DNA of 64,000 bases from a virus. The notes under the pieces are model-generated. The model made no database searches. It was not told where the DNA came from and worked only from the letters and a program-made list of their open reading frames with translations. Shown here piece after piece: positions 48,302 through 59,018 of this stretch (the stretch's first letter is position 1; the number at the start of each line of letters is the position of its first letter). Where the stretch lies: the IMG/VR virus record IMGVR_UViG_3300021138_002011, positions 56,534-120,533 of that record; one strand, written 5' to 3'. Both the position numbers and the translations under genes were made by a program.

Positions 48302-49444
48302 ATGCCACCATTAAGTCTTTGGAAAGGTCAAGCAGTTAGGACCAATGACTTTAAATTTTTTGATAGAGTTATTGCCGAAATGTACAGTGTTGGTGGTACT
48401 GAGTTTTATATTCATAAAACAATAGGTGTTTATCAACAAGATCCTGGAACAAATGATACACTGCCTCTTGACATCAGTACTTCGGGTGCACCAGATCCAA
48501 CCACCACCATACAAGACGTATTAAACATGGAGAATAGGGACCGCAAGTACGACCCTAACGTCTACAGCATGAAAGGTCATTACCAAGTAGGTGATCTCGA
48601 ATTTGACCTAAGGCAGTTTGGGCTTTTTCTCAGTAACGACACTATATTCATTACATTCCATCTTAACAAAATGCTAGATATGATTGGTCGTAAACTGATG
48701 AGCGGCGACGTCATAGAGATTTTGCATCAGCGAGACGATTCTGTGTTGGGGTCGGATGCTGCTATCAATCGGTATTACGTGGTAGAAGATGGTACTAAAC
48801 CAGCAGAAGGTTACAGTCCAACTTGGTGGCCGCATTTGTGGCGTGTAAAATGCAATCCTATAACCGACAGTTCGGAATTTAGAGATATTATGCAATCGCC
48901 GTTGTTGGATGCTAGTGGAGATCCTGTACCTGCTCTTGATGGTAATGGAGGTATAGCAACTGTCGGGGATGCTCTAAGTACAAGAAATGCCGAAAATCAA
49001 ATCAGCGATGCAATTGCAGCAGCAGCCCAAGCAGAAGTTCCGTTCTATTATTTCCAAACTCAACAATTTTACATCATGCCAGGACAAAATCCAAATCTAG
49101 TTGGAAGCAGAATAATTGGTGACAACGACATATGGACAGGCGATGGTATACCCCCTAACGGCAGCAAACCAGTTAACTGCGGAACTACTTGGCCAGACGC
49201 TCCGTTAAACGGCGATTATTTTTTACGTACAGATTGGGCGCCTGCACAACTGTTTCAGTATGATAAGAGTATCTGGTATAGAGTGCAAACTGATTTCCGT
49301 AATCAATGGTTACCTGCCAGTCAAGGACTTGTAAGCTTTATAAATAACAAAACAATAACAACCCTACAAAATGGTGTACAAGTACCAGAACAACAAAATC
49401 TTCGTACTGCACTAAAACCAAGACTAGACCCCGATATAGTATAA
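48302..49444 (+). CDS. neck / head-closure protein (gp14-like)
   Basis: ENRDRKYD, LRQFGLFL..D, GDVIE motifs; divergent from gp13; start MPPLSLW at 48302. Confidence 0.75.
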   Translation: MPPLSLWKGQAVRTNDFKFFDRVIAEMYSVGGTEFYIHKTIGVYQQDPGTNDTLPLDISTSGAPDPTTTIQDVLNMENRDRKYDPNVYSMKGHYQVGDLEFDLRQFGLFLSNDTIFITFHLNKMLDMIGRKLMSGDVIEILHQRDDSVLGSDAAINRYYVVEDGTKPAEGYSPTWWPHLWRVKCNPITDSSEFRDIMQSPLLDASGDPVPALDGNGGIATVGDALSTRNAENQISDAIAAAAQAEVPFYYFQTQQFYIMPGQNPNLVGSRIIGDNDIWTGDGIPPNGSKPVNCGTTWPDAPLNGDYFLRTDWAPAQLFQYDKSIWYRVQTDFRNQWLPASQGLVSFINNKTITTLQNGVQVPEQQNLRTALKPRLDPDIV

Positions 49445-49456
49445 GGATGGATCGAC

Positions 49457-50086
49457 ATGAGCTTCGAGTTTAATTTTACGCCAGAACATCTGGCAGCGTG
49501 CATGCCAAACCCTAAAATTGGTGAGTGGTATCAACCAATTTGCGATGTTTTACCTGATTACCAAGTGACATCTGTGCTTCGTGTTGCAGCATGGTTAGCC
49601 CAGATGGGACATGAGAGTGGAGACCTTCGAGAAATTGAAGAAAACTTAAACTACAGTGCTAAAGGATTGCGCGGCGTGTTTCCTCACTATTTTCCAACAG
49701 ATGAGATGGCGCTTGAATACCAACGTAAACCAGAAAAAATTGCCAGCCGTGTTTATGGTGGCAGAATGGGAAATGGACCAGAAGAAACCCAAGAAGGTTG
49801 GAAGTATCATGGCCGAGGACTAGTACAAATTACTGGTAAAGAGAACTATTTCCATTGCTCAAATGCACTGTATGGTGATGCAAGATTGATTGAGAACCCA
49901 GAATTGCTTTGCGAGCAAGATGGTGCTATACGCAGCGCATGCTGGTACTGGAATAGTAGAAATTTAAATGAATTTGCCGATAATCAAGACATGATGACCA
50001 TTACAAAGCGTATTAACGGTGGCACCATCGGACTTGAAAATCGCATGGAAAGATATCATAGAGCGCTGCAAGTTCTAGGCGCATAA
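49457..50086 (+). CDS. GH19 family endolysin
   Basis: AQMGHESG, EENLNYS, YHGRGLVQITGKENY, TKRINGG. Confidence 0.92.
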   Translation: MSFEFNFTPEHLAACMPNPKIGEWYQPICDVLPDYQVTSVLRVAAWLAQMGHESGDLREIEENLNYSAKGLRGVFPHYFPTDEMALEYQRKPEKIASRVYGGRMGNGPEETQEGWKYHGRGLVQITGKENYFHCSNALYGDARLIENPELLCEQDGAIRSACWYWNSRNLNEFADNQDMMTITKRINGGTIGLENRMERYHRALQVLGA

Positions 50087-50144
50087 CATCTGTAGAATTA
50101 ATAAGCCAATATTGCAATAAATATACACAAGAAAGGTATATTTT

Positions 50145-52055
50145 ATGCAATATTGGTTTTCTGCACAACTACGACAATATAGACTTCAGTTCGTCAGAGC
50201 ATTCAGCGGGTTTTCTGTCAAGACAGGTCGTGGAGGCCCAAACGACACTGAAGAATTATTAAAAGTTCCTTGTAGATATGGTGATCCTAGCCGTGTTGCT
50301 GCTACCATAGTAAGAGGTAACAGTGAGAACAAGGTTCTCACTGTGCCGTTTGTCACGTGTTATATCAGTGCACTGTCAATGTCGCCTACAAGAAGACAAG
50401 ATCCATACTTTACAGGGTCTGTGCAAGTAAACGAGCGCATGTATGACGAGCAGGCCGGCAAGTATACAAACCAAGTCGGCAATCGTTATAACGTCGACCG
50501 ATATATGCCAGTTCCGTATGACCTTACCATGCAAGTGGACATATGGACAAATAACGAAGATATAAAAGAACAGTTACTTGAACAAATAATGGTACTGTAT
50601 AATCCAACCATTAATATTCAAACATCAACAAACCCAATTGACTGGACAGTGTTGTCCTATATTGAAATGATGGACAACATCAATTGGAGTTCCCGCACCA
50701 TACCAGTAGGTACAGACAATCCTATAGATGTGGCTACTATAAATTTCAAGCTTCCTATATGGATTAACCCTCCTGCAAAAGTACAACGTCAGAATATAAT
50801 AGAGGAAATAATTACAAATATAGTGCAAGGATCCAAAGCTCCAAATGCAATGGAGTGGACAGATTATGAGTTTTTATCTAGAACTGTTACAACGCCTGGT
50901 AATGCTGTCATCTTAGTTTCGCCGTTTAACGCTTCAACGTTTGCGATTAATTTGTGTCAACAAAACGGGTCAACGGCAGACCCAGAAATGGTACCAACTG
51001 TTACGTTTGCTGCTGAACTGCCTGCGTTATTCCAAGGAATGGTTTTTCTTTGGAATGGCATAGAAATTACCATATCTCACACAGATATTAACAGTGCTGT
51101 AAACGACATAAGGAGTTGTATTGTTGGTACTGAGTTAAATTGTGTGGTGTACAATTTAACATCTATTCAATTTATCAATACAACAGGAGGCAACAATACG
51201 TTTGCCGATATTGTGCCAGGTAGTCTATCGGCACTAGGCCTTGTTGCTACAACATATCCAGGCGGCAATCTAGCATGGTGGCGATTCTTGACTTTATATG
51301 GGACTGTTAAACCCTACAGTCAATATGGTGCAAATGCCAGCCAAATACGTTTAAAAACAGTAAACGACCTTACGCAAACAAACACAGATATAGTAGGGTG
51401 GATAGAAATTGACAGTATTAATCAAAATATATTGTATTGGACACCCGACCCACAAAGCTTGCCAGTGGTAACAATTGCACCTATTAATGCCATTATTGAT
51501 CCTACTGCTAGTGGTCCAGGGATTAACTTACCATCTGCATCAGTTGGGCAGCGATACTTGTTAACAGAAAGCATACCTGCAGTAAGTGCTGCTTGGGGTA
51601 ATGTCTCAATTGCCAGCTCAACTCCTGTAGCTGTCCAACCTGGTATTTGGACAGCTGGCAATACTTTTATACAGTTAAATAGTTTTAATAATGCAATTGA
51701 AGCCGGCCAGTTAGTTGTAAGCGGCAACGTAGGCATACCACCAAACTCTACAGTATTAAGTGTAAGCAACACAACCATACAAATAACAAACGCAGTCGAC
51801 CCTCTCAACAGCAATCTTACTGCAGACAACAGCGAGTTTGCTCCCGTTAACTTTTACAGTAGAGGTACTACAAATGATATAATTGCGTTTAATGGTACCG
51901 AATGGACTGTATCATGGAACGCAGTAGCAAACGAGCATACAACTCAGTATGTACTTAATCAAACTTCTAATAGAATATACACGTGGAACGAGGGATACTG
52001 GGCACCAGTTGTTTCATCAAAATATCTACCAGGTTATTGGACAATAGCACTATGA
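50145..52055 (+). CDS. tail terminator / sheath stabiliser (gp15-like) with C-terminal extension
   Basis: KVPCRYG, MPVPYDL, QLLEQI..YNP, WINPPAKV. Confidence 0.8.
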   Translation: MQYWFSAQLRQYRLQFVRAFSGFSVKTGRGGPNDTEELLKVPCRYGDPSRVAATIVRGNSENKVLTVPFVTCYISALSMSPTRRQDPYFTGSVQVNERMYDEQAGKYTNQVGNRYNVDRYMPVPYDLTMQVDIWTNNEDIKEQLLEQIMVLYNPTINIQTSTNPIDWTVLSYIEMMDNINWSSRTIPVGTDNPIDVATINFKLPIWINPPAKVQRQNIIEEIITNIVQGSKAPNAMEWTDYEFLSRTVTTPGNAVILVSPFNASTFAINLCQQNGSTADPEMVPTVTFAAELPALFQGMVFLWNGIEITISHTDINSAVNDIRSCIVGTELNCVVYNLTSIQFINTTGGNNTFADIVPGSLSALGLVATTYPGGNLAWWRFLTLYGTVKPYSQYGANASQIRLKTVNDLTQTNTDIVGWIEIDSINQNILYWTPDPQSLPVVTIAPINAIIDPTASGPGINLPSASVGQRYLLTESIPAVSAAWGNVSIASSTPVAVQPGIWTAGNTFIQLNSFNNAIEAGQLVVSGNVGIPPNSTVLSVSNTTIQITNAVDPLNSNLTADNSEFAPVNFYSRGTTNDIIAFNGTEWTVSWNAVANEHTTQYVLNQTSNRIYTWNEGYWAPVVSSKYLPGYWTIAL

Positions 52056-52816
52056 CATTGTTTTCTCAAAATTTATTTGAATTAGAAGGCTCTGTTAATA
52101 TAGAGACTTTTTCAAAAGTGTTCACTCCCGACATTAAAAAGGTTATAGCAACTATACAAAAATATGGGTTTGATATCAGAGTAGTGGGCGGTGCTGTGCG
52201 AGATTTCTTATTGGGCAAGGCTCCACGTGACGTAGATTTTGCAACGGATGCAGAACCAGCCGAATTAATTTTTATTTTTGATTTAGAGGGTATCGAATAC
52301 GATGCGAGCGGTATACAGCATGGCACAATTAAAGCGGTATTTGGTGCCGATAAAATTGATATAACAAGTATAAGTTACAAAATGCATGTAGTTAATAATA
52401 AAATAAAAATTACACGTTCCGATAGCTGGCGATTAGATAGTCTGCGCAGAGATCTAACTATCAACAGCATGAGTGTTGATATGCACGGAGTTTTATACGA
52501 CTATCAAAATGGACAACAAGATCTACGCCGCAGCTTGGTCAAATATTGTCCAGGAGTTCAAGAAAAAATAAATGACGATCCATTTACAATACTGAGATGG
52601 TTTAAAGCGTTGTCGTATTTTGACCAGCCAAAATGGTTAGCAACTGATAAAACAATCAACGAAGCTAATGCAAAAAAAGTTTCAAAAGTGAAAGATGAAG
52701 ACAAAACAAAACGTCTATTATCCTCGTTGCTGTCTTCACAAAATAGCAAACAGATTTTTAAGATGATGTGCGAAATGGGTATAGCACAACCCCTCGGTGT
52801 AAATTGCAACCTGTAA
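52052..52816 (+). CDS. tRNA nucleotidyltransferase (CCA-adding / poly(A) polymerase head domain)
   Basis: VGGAVRDFLLG..PRDVDFAT, RRDLTINSM, DDP..ILR; ATGA overlap with gp15. Confidence 0.88.
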   Translation: MTLFSQNLFELEGSVNIETFSKVFTPDIKKVIATIQKYGFDIRVVGGAVRDFLLGKAPRDVDFATDAEPAELIFIFDLEGIEYDASGIQHGTIKAVFGADKIDITSISYKMHVVNNKIKITRSDSWRLDSLRRDLTINSMSVDMHGVLYDYQNGQQDLRRSLVKYCPGVQEKINDDPFTILRWFKALSYFDQPKWLATDKTINEANAKKVSKVKDEDKTKRLLSSLLSSQNSKQIFKMMCEMGIAQPLGVNCNL

Positions 52817-52833
52817 CCAATACATAATATAAT
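52804..52833 (+). promoter_or_regulatory. sigma70-like promoter for the glycosylation cluster
   Basis: TTGCAA-18 nt-TATAAT, 9 nt before the ATG at 52843. Confidence 0.45.
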
Positions 52834-52842
52834 TGATCTATA

Positions 52843-53700
52843 ATGGATCAATTGCCAACAAAAGACCTCATCATCGGGGCATACACAAACTATAACTGGG
52901 ATCAAATAAAGTACTGGGTTAATAGCATTGAAAAGTCGGGATTCACCGGTGACAAAGCTATGATAGTCTATAACAGCGATCAACAAACTGTACAGAAACT
53001 TGTTGATCTTGGATTTAAAGTATGGGCATTTGATCGTAACCCAGTTACTGGCAACTATATTTGGACAAACCACTTGGTTATAGTGGTGCAGAGATTTTAT
53101 CATCTTTGGTATTACCTTAATCAGTTACCTTCAAATACATATAGATATGTAATATCAACCGATGTAAAAGATGTTGTCTTTCAAACCAATCCCAGTACAT
53201 GGATTGAAAACAACATTGCAAACTGTGAAATAATAGCCAGTTGCGAAAGTTTGCGTTACAAAGACGAGCCGTGGGGTGCCGACAACATGCAAGGCAGTTA
53301 TCCTATGGTCTGGAATCAAATTAAAGATCAGCCGATATGGAATTGCGGTGTACAAGCCGGACGTGTAGAAGCACTTCGCGACTTGTGGCTCAATATATGG
53401 CTTACTTGCAAAGCCGGAGGTCGACCAAATCCCGATCAAGCGGCGTATAATCTACTGCTCAATACCAAAGCATGGTCAAACATCACTCTCAAGGCCTACA
53501 GTGAGAGTGGCTGGACTTGCCAAGCAGGAACAACAGCAGACCCGGCAAAGATTGCTGCATTTCGGCCAAATCTTATTGAACCCGAACCGCAGTGGAATGG
53601 TAGTATGGCAACTACCAGCACAGGAACCCCACATGCAATACTGCATCAATGGGACAGAATACCAGTTTGGAAAACTGAAATAGAAAAGAGATACGCATAA
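52843..53700 (+). CDS. putative GT-A glycosyltransferase
   Basis: TDVKDVVFQTNP, NCG, DQAAYN and HQWDR motifs. Confidence 0.65.
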   Translation: MDQLPTKDLIIGAYTNYNWDQIKYWVNSIEKSGFTGDKAMIVYNSDQQTVQKLVDLGFKVWAFDRNPVTGNYIWTNHLVIVVQRFYHLWYYLNQLPSNTYRYVISTDVKDVVFQTNPSTWIENNIANCEIIASCESLRYKDEPWGADNMQGSYPMVWNQIKDQPIWNCGVQAGRVEALRDLWLNIWLTCKAGGRPNPDQAAYNLLLNTKAWSNITLKAYSESGWTCQAGTTADPAKIAAFRPNLIEPEPQWNGSMATTSTGTPHAILHQWDRIPVWKTEIEKRYA

Positions 53701-53701
53701 T

Positions 53702-54688
53702 ATGGAAATAAACATAGACAAAATCAATCAAGCTAAAACGTATGTTTTAAACTCGCCTGTACCAATGCCACAATATCAACAGGGTCGCAGTATTGTTACA
53801 AGTTGCTATCGTGCAGAAATACCTGGTATGTTTATATTACTGAAAGAGCTACAACGTTTAGAATGCAACTTGCCAATCGAAGTATTTTACAGAGATGGCG
53901 AGCTAGACAGTAACGAAATAGTAGAACTTGGCAATGTGTGGCCCGGAAGAATTGAATTTAAAGTTATCAAAGCCCGTGCAAAAGACTTTCAAGATCGTTG
54001 GGGAAATTCAAAAGGATGGAGCACCAAAGTACATGCAGTAATTGAAAGTGCATACGCGGAGAATTTTTGGGTCGATGGCGATAATTTTCCAATACGTAAT
54101 TTTCTCGATTTGTTTGATGATGCGGAATATAAACTCAAAGGCAGTTTATTCTGGAGAGACGTTTACAGCATAGACAGAGCTAATCAATACCATGACGGCG
54201 GTCAAATGTGGCAAATTTTCGATGTTGAGCCAAATGACGGCGAGCCGTTTGAAAGTGGTCAATTTTTAGTAAACAAACCTGTAGTGTGGACACAGCTATC
54301 GATGATGCTGCATTTTACCGAGAACTGCGAAATCTACTATAATTTTGGTGGAGATGCAGAATGTTGGAGAATGGCATGGCAGTATGTTGCACAAAAAACC
54401 AACGGTTATCATTCTAGATTTAACTATCATGCAAGCGAGCACGTGCCGTATGGCTTTATGCCGTATGGACCCTTTCATAAAGGCGTTCAAAATCCCTGGC
54501 ACAAGTATGGCGGCGGCACAGTAATGGTGCAGCGTGATCGCAACGGTAATGAATTGTTTAATCATCGCAATATTGCAAAGTTTAGATGGAAGGGAGAAAA
54601 TCCGTTTAACAGCGATGTAACAAACGAAATGACGTATCACATGATAATGCGCCATCTTAAAACCAAATACGGAGTAAGCGATGAGTGA
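53702..54688 (+). CDS. GT71-like (MNN2-type) mannosyltransferase
   Basis: LPIEVF, K..A...S, VDGDN.P, GSLFWRD, ESGQFLVNK, GDAECWRMAW. Confidence 0.75.
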   Translation: MEINIDKINQAKTYVLNSPVPMPQYQQGRSIVTSCYRAEIPGMFILLKELQRLECNLPIEVFYRDGELDSNEIVELGNVWPGRIEFKVIKARAKDFQDRWGNSKGWSTKVHAVIESAYAENFWVDGDNFPIRNFLDLFDDAEYKLKGSLFWRDVYSIDRANQYHDGGQMWQIFDVEPNDGEPFESGQFLVNKPVVWTQLSMMLHFTENCEIYYNFGGDAECWRMAWQYVAQKTNGYHSRFNYHASEHVPYGFMPYGPFHKGVQNPWHKYGGGTVMVQRDRNGNELFNHRNIAKFRWKGENPFNSDVTNEMTYHMIMRHLKTKYGVSDE

Positions 54689-55847
54689 ACAATTAACCAA
54701 GTTCGAGTATCCAGACGCATGGGGATTTAAAAGAACCCCGGCACGTCCTCCTCAGTTGCAGGTTCTAGACTTTGACAAACATTACGACTTCGACACTGTA
54801 TGGAACGATGCAATACAAGTTGCGCCAGACACACTGTTGCTGATCGGCCCGCCGCTGTATGCAACAGCCCAATGGTTAAATGCCAATTGTAAATTTATGG
54901 ATATGCAATCGCAAGAACTAACTTGGCAGTATAGCGAGATAGATAGGGCTTGCGTTATTCGCGTAACAACGCACGGATGGATTAGTCAGTTTGTGCTAGA
55001 AACTCCATTTAATAGGCATATTTTTAATGTCAATTATGCTAGTAACGACTTCCATAACAAAAAGGTTATTGTTACTATCAGCAAAGATCATCCAATTTCG
55101 TGGTTAAAACAGTGGATTGACTATCATAAAACTGTACACAATATTGATGGTTTATTGCTGTATAATAATCGCAGTACCATGTATACCAGCAGCGAGTTGC
55201 AACAGGCGTTAGCCCGAATAGACATGACCATAAAGGTGGTAGACTATGATGTCCCGTTTGGTGTAATGGGCGGCGGGTTATGGGAATGGCACGGTAAAAC
55301 TGGTACCTATCTTCCTTGGGATAGCGATTTTAGCCAATATGTCATGCTTGAACATGCTAAATGGCGATACCTACATTGTGCTAGGCTTGCAATAAACGCA
55401 GACACCGATGAGCTATTAATTGTAAAGAATTCAACATTGGACAGCGTAGCTGACTACTGTGCCAACGGTGAACATTCGGTGTTGCTGTACGATGGAATAT
55501 GGATTGAACCAGTAGACAGTTATACAGGTGTAATAGCTAAAACTGTTCCGGTCGACAACAGAGATTTTTCAAATTACTGGCATACTACAAATGGTAACGG
55601 CAGAGGCATTGGTGTCAAGTGGTTGTTAAATCCTCAGAGAAATATGCATTATCAATGGCATTTACATAAAACGTTTGGTCCACATGTCAAAACAGGAGAA
55701 ATAGCTTTTGGACATTACTTTGCAATGAACACCAGTTGGAGTTATACTCGTGATGAGTTTTTAGGCAACAGCAACGACCTTGCAGAATGTGAACAGCTGA
55801 AGATAAACTTAACAATTTGGAAACAAAATACAGGAGGCATTGCATGA
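54681..55847 (+). CDS. glycosyltransferase (GT92/GT2-like)
   Basis: WLKQWIDYH..G.LLYNN and NADTDELL motifs. Confidence 0.65.
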   Translation: MSEQLTKFEYPDAWGFKRTPARPPQLQVLDFDKHYDFDTVWNDAIQVAPDTLLLIGPPLYATAQWLNANCKFMDMQSQELTWQYSEIDRACVIRVTTHGWISQFVLETPFNRHIFNVNYASNDFHNKKVIVTISKDHPISWLKQWIDYHKTVHNIDGLLLYNNRSTMYTSSELQQALARIDMTIKVVDYDVPFGVMGGGLWEWHGKTGTYLPWDSDFSQYVMLEHAKWRYLHCARLAINADTDELLIVKNSTLDSVADYCANGEHSVLLYDGIWIEPVDSYTGVIAKTVPVDNRDFSNYWHTTNGNGRGIGVKWLLNPQRNMHYQWHLHKTFGPHVKTGEIAFGHYFAMNTSWSYTRDEFLGNSNDLAECEQLKINLTIWKQNTGGIA

Positions 55848-56494
55848 AAGCTGCGGTTGTAACAACACACGACAACAACTATAAAGTTTTAGCGGATCTA
55901 ACATGGAATCAAAATCGAGTACTATATGCTCAAAAACACGGTTACGGAGCATTAGCCAAAACTGATAATTTCCGCCAACCAATAATAGGATGGGAAAAAA
56001 TTGCATATTTGTTGGAGATCATGAACAACAGTGACTATGAAGTTTTGCACTTTAGTGGCACAGACACCATGATTACAAACTGGCATATTCCATTATCAGA
56101 GTTCCTGTATGATGGGTATTCAGTTGCTATTTCTACCGACTTTAATGGTATACAAGCAGATAGCTTTGTAGTCCGTAACGATACAGCAGGCAGAGCATGG
56201 TTGCAAATGATAATGGACAAGCAGCCACAATACAGCCGTCATCCGTATTACGAGCAAGGAGTAATGATGGAATCATATGCTGATTATAGACATGTAGTAA
56301 AGGTACTGCCACAGAGATATCTCAATGCATATCATTATCCACTTTACAAAAACAAAGGTGCAAAAAATAATTTAGACAGTATGGGCTTTAGCGGACAATG
56401 GCACAAAGGTGATTTTCTAATTCACTGTCCAGATCATCCTATGCATGTACGTATGGCACTTTTTAATCAAATACTGCCAGAAGTTATTGTATAA
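55844..56494 (+). CDS. GT34-like (GMA12/MNN10) glycosyltransferase
   Basis: YAQKHGY, WEKI, TDTMITN, YEQG, LPQRYLNAY, GDFLIH. Confidence 0.75.
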   Translation: MKAAVVTTHDNNYKVLADLTWNQNRVLYAQKHGYGALAKTDNFRQPIIGWEKIAYLLEIMNNSDYEVLHFSGTDTMITNWHIPLSEFLYDGYSVAISTDFNGIQADSFVVRNDTAGRAWLQMIMDKQPQYSRHPYYEQGVMMESYADYRHVVKVLPQRYLNAYHYPLYKNKGAKNNLDSMGFSGQWHKGDFLIHCPDHPMHVRMALFNQILPEVIV

Positions 56495-56868
56495 TGACTG
56501 CTGCAACTACAGTCGACGATGTGATGTATAATGAAAAGAGAGACATGCTTTTCATTCATTTTGAGCCTAAAGGCACAGGACAAAAACCTGCAGAAGATAT
56601 TTTAAAACTGCATTTCGACTGGTTTAACGAACAAGGATTAGAGTACAAATCTGCCGAATTTGTTGAAGTTCCAGGAACCGGTGAATATTGCTACGCTGTG
56701 TATTTTGCAGGAACCGAGGATCCTCGTGTAAAATTGTACTCAGATAAGTTTGAAGATGAAAACTTTGTTAGTTTGCAACCAAACCGCTATCAAATGTACA
56801 TGGTTAACTACGTTTTTTGGTATTCAAACGGTGGCAAAGAGCGAATGGAAGCTAAATTAAAACTATGA
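56494..56868 (+). CDS. hypothetical protein
   Basis: 124 aa, translationally coupled within the cluster. Confidence 0.65.
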   Translation: MTAATTVDDVMYNEKRDMLFIHFEPKGTGQKPAEDILKLHFDWFNEQGLEYKSAEFVEVPGTGEYCYAVYFAGTEDPRVKLYSDKFEDENFVSLQPNRYQMYMVNYVFWYSNGGKERMEAKLKL

Positions 56869-57692
56869 AAATCTTTATCACAGGTGCTACTGGATTCATT
56901 GGCAGAAACTTAGTTGAATATTACAAAAATCAAAGTGTTGTAACACATAAACGAGGGGGTAATTTATATGGGTTGTTGTTAAAGTCTAAACCCGATGTAA
57001 TAATAAATTGTGCAGCAGAAATATATGATCCGTTGTTAATGATCGAGTCAAACGTTTTTATTACAGGTGGTTGTTTAGAATTTGTAAAAACCAATCCAGC
57101 TATAAAAATGATACAAATTGGTTCTAGTTCAGAATATGGTCCTATGCTGAGGCCAAGTACCGAAACTGACAGAATAAATCCAATAGACATGTATCAAGCT
57201 ACAAAAGGAATGGCAACACTTCTCTGCCAAGGATACGCAAGAACATACGGTTTAGATATTAAAATTGCAAGGCCATACAGTGTATATGGACGGTATGAAA
57301 AACATCACAGACTGTTTCCAAGATTATGGAAAGCTTTTCAACTTGGAGTGCCTATGAAATTGTTTGACGGCGAACACGATTTTATTTACATAGACGATTT
57401 TGTTCGCGGAATAGACACACTGGTAAACACTACCAACGACAAATTAGGTGACATTATAAATTTCGGATCTGGCATACAATACAGTAATGTAGAAGTTCTT
57501 GAAATGTTTAAAATCGTAGCCGGAAAGTCTGCGCCTGTTACCCATGTGCCTGGCATGGCAAAGCACTTTGAATCTGAAATTTGGAAGTGTGATACAACCT
57601 ATGCACGCAACGCATATGGGTTCGAATGCAACTATAGTTTAGAAGCAGGGGTTAGAGAGTTTCTTGCAACTGCTCAATATAATAAGGATTAA
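56865..57692 (+). CDS. NAD-dependent sugar epimerase/reductase
   Basis: ITGATGFIG, GSSSEYG, YQATK, VYG, DFIYIDD. Confidence 0.9.
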   Translation: MKIFITGATGFIGRNLVEYYKNQSVVTHKRGGNLYGLLLKSKPDVIINCAAEIYDPLLMIESNVFITGGCLEFVKTNPAIKMIQIGSSSEYGPMLRPSTETDRINPIDMYQATKGMATLLCQGYARTYGLDIKIARPYSVYGRYEKHHRLFPRLWKAFQLGVPMKLFDGEHDFIYIDDFVRGIDTLVNTTNDKLGDIINFGSGIQYSNVEVLEMFKIVAGKSAPVTHVPGMAKHFESEIWKCDTTYARNAYGFECNYSLEAGVREFLATAQYNKD

Positions 57693-57694
57693 AA

Positions 57695-58408
57695 ATGAAT
57701 CTCTTTCGCCAGCTTGTAACTTCAAACAAGGGTGTTGTTACAATTGACACTAACGATCAACGCATAACAAATCACTTTGATAATCCAGCCAATTATGCAG
57801 ATGTTGTGCTTAATATGTTCAACAATGATAGGTTTTATGATGAATTTTTCAATGGCTGGGAGAATTTAACCATCCTAGATATTGGCGGAAACATTGGACT
57901 GTTTTCGCTGTATATTCAAGATAAAGCCAGTGCTGTGTATGCTGTAGAGCCAACACCTAGTCATTTTGCCATCTTAAAAGAAATGACAAAAGACTATAAC
58001 AATATTCATCCTATCAACGTTGCGTTGCATTCAAAAGACGAACCTATTGATTTTTACATAAGCAATGAAAATAGTACGATGAATAGTACTGTTAATCAGT
58101 ATGGAATCAAAACAACAGTTCAAGGCAAAACTCTCAAAACTCTTATTTTAGATTTAGGTCTTGACAAAGTCGATTTTGTAAAATGCGATATCGAAGGGTC
58201 AGAAATGGCTGCGCTTACATACGAAACAATTGCCGCTGTAAAAGACACCGTATCGGTTTGGAGTATTGAAGTACATGCAACCGATCCTACAATGCACCCC
58301 GAAGTTAGTTTGAATCGTAATCGAGACCACATAATGCAAATACTAACCAGTAACGGCTATAATGCATACAAACACAGATACGATTGTATCTATGCCTACA
58401 GGACGTAA
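57695..58408 (+). CDS. FkbM-family methyltransferase
   Basis: LDIGGNIGLFS, AVEP, KCDIEGSE. Confidence 0.88.
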   Translation: MNLFRQLVTSNKGVVTIDTNDQRITNHFDNPANYADVVLNMFNNDRFYDEFFNGWENLTILDIGGNIGLFSLYIQDKASAVYAVEPTPSHFAILKEMTKDYNNIHPINVALHSKDEPIDFYISNENSTMNSTVNQYGIKTTVQGKTLKTLILDLGLDKVDFVKCDIEGSEMAALTYETIAAVKDTVSVWSIEVHATDPTMHPEVSLNRNRDHIMQILTSNGYNAYKHRYDCIYAYRT

Positions 58409-58409
58409 C

Positions 58410-59018
58410 ATGCATCCAACTGAACGAAGAATACTTGATATAACGTATCAAGAAAAATTAAGCCATCTTAGCAGCTGTTTGAGTGCGTGGCCCATTATAA
58501 ATGAAATATACAATAAAAAAGCTGAAGACGAAGTATTCATCCTCAGCAACGGACATGCAGGGTTGGCGCTCTACTGCGAGCTTGAGGCAAGATATGGAAT
58601 AGACCCTATAATGCTGCTGCATAAGCATGGTATACACCCTGGCAAGGATTTAGAAAATCAATTGTGGTGTTCAACAGGTAGTCTAGGAAGTGGGCTTCCT
58701 ATTGCAGTCGGCTATGCGATAGCTAACCGCAGTAAAAACGTTTACTGTATGATAAGTGACGGCGAAGCAGCAGAAGGTAGTATTTGGGAAAGTCTCAGAT
58801 TCATACACACTGCAAAGCTTACTAACTTACATGTGTTTGCAAATATCAATGGAATGAGTGCATACGAGTACCTAGACACCGACTACTTGGTAAAACGGTT
58901 GGTGTCATTTTTACCACGTATTCATATACGGTTGTCTGAACCAAAATCATTTACATTTGCACAAGGCTTGTTAACACATTATTATGTAATGAAACCAGAG
59001 GACTATAACACACTATGA
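58410..59018 (+). CDS. transketolase-like protein, N-terminal (TPP-binding) subunit
   Basis: HLSS, LSNGHA, STGSLGSG, SDGEAAEG..WE. Confidence 0.88.
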   Translation: MHPTERRILDITYQEKLSHLSSCLSAWPIINEIYNKKAEDEVFILSNGHAGLALYCELEARYGIDPIMLLHKHGIHPGKDLENQLWCSTGSLGSGLPIAVGYAIANRSKNVYCMISDGEAAEGSIWESLRFIHTAKLTNLHVFANINGMSAYEYLDTDYLVKRLVSFLPRIHIRLSEPKSFTFAQGLLTHYYVMKPEDYNTL

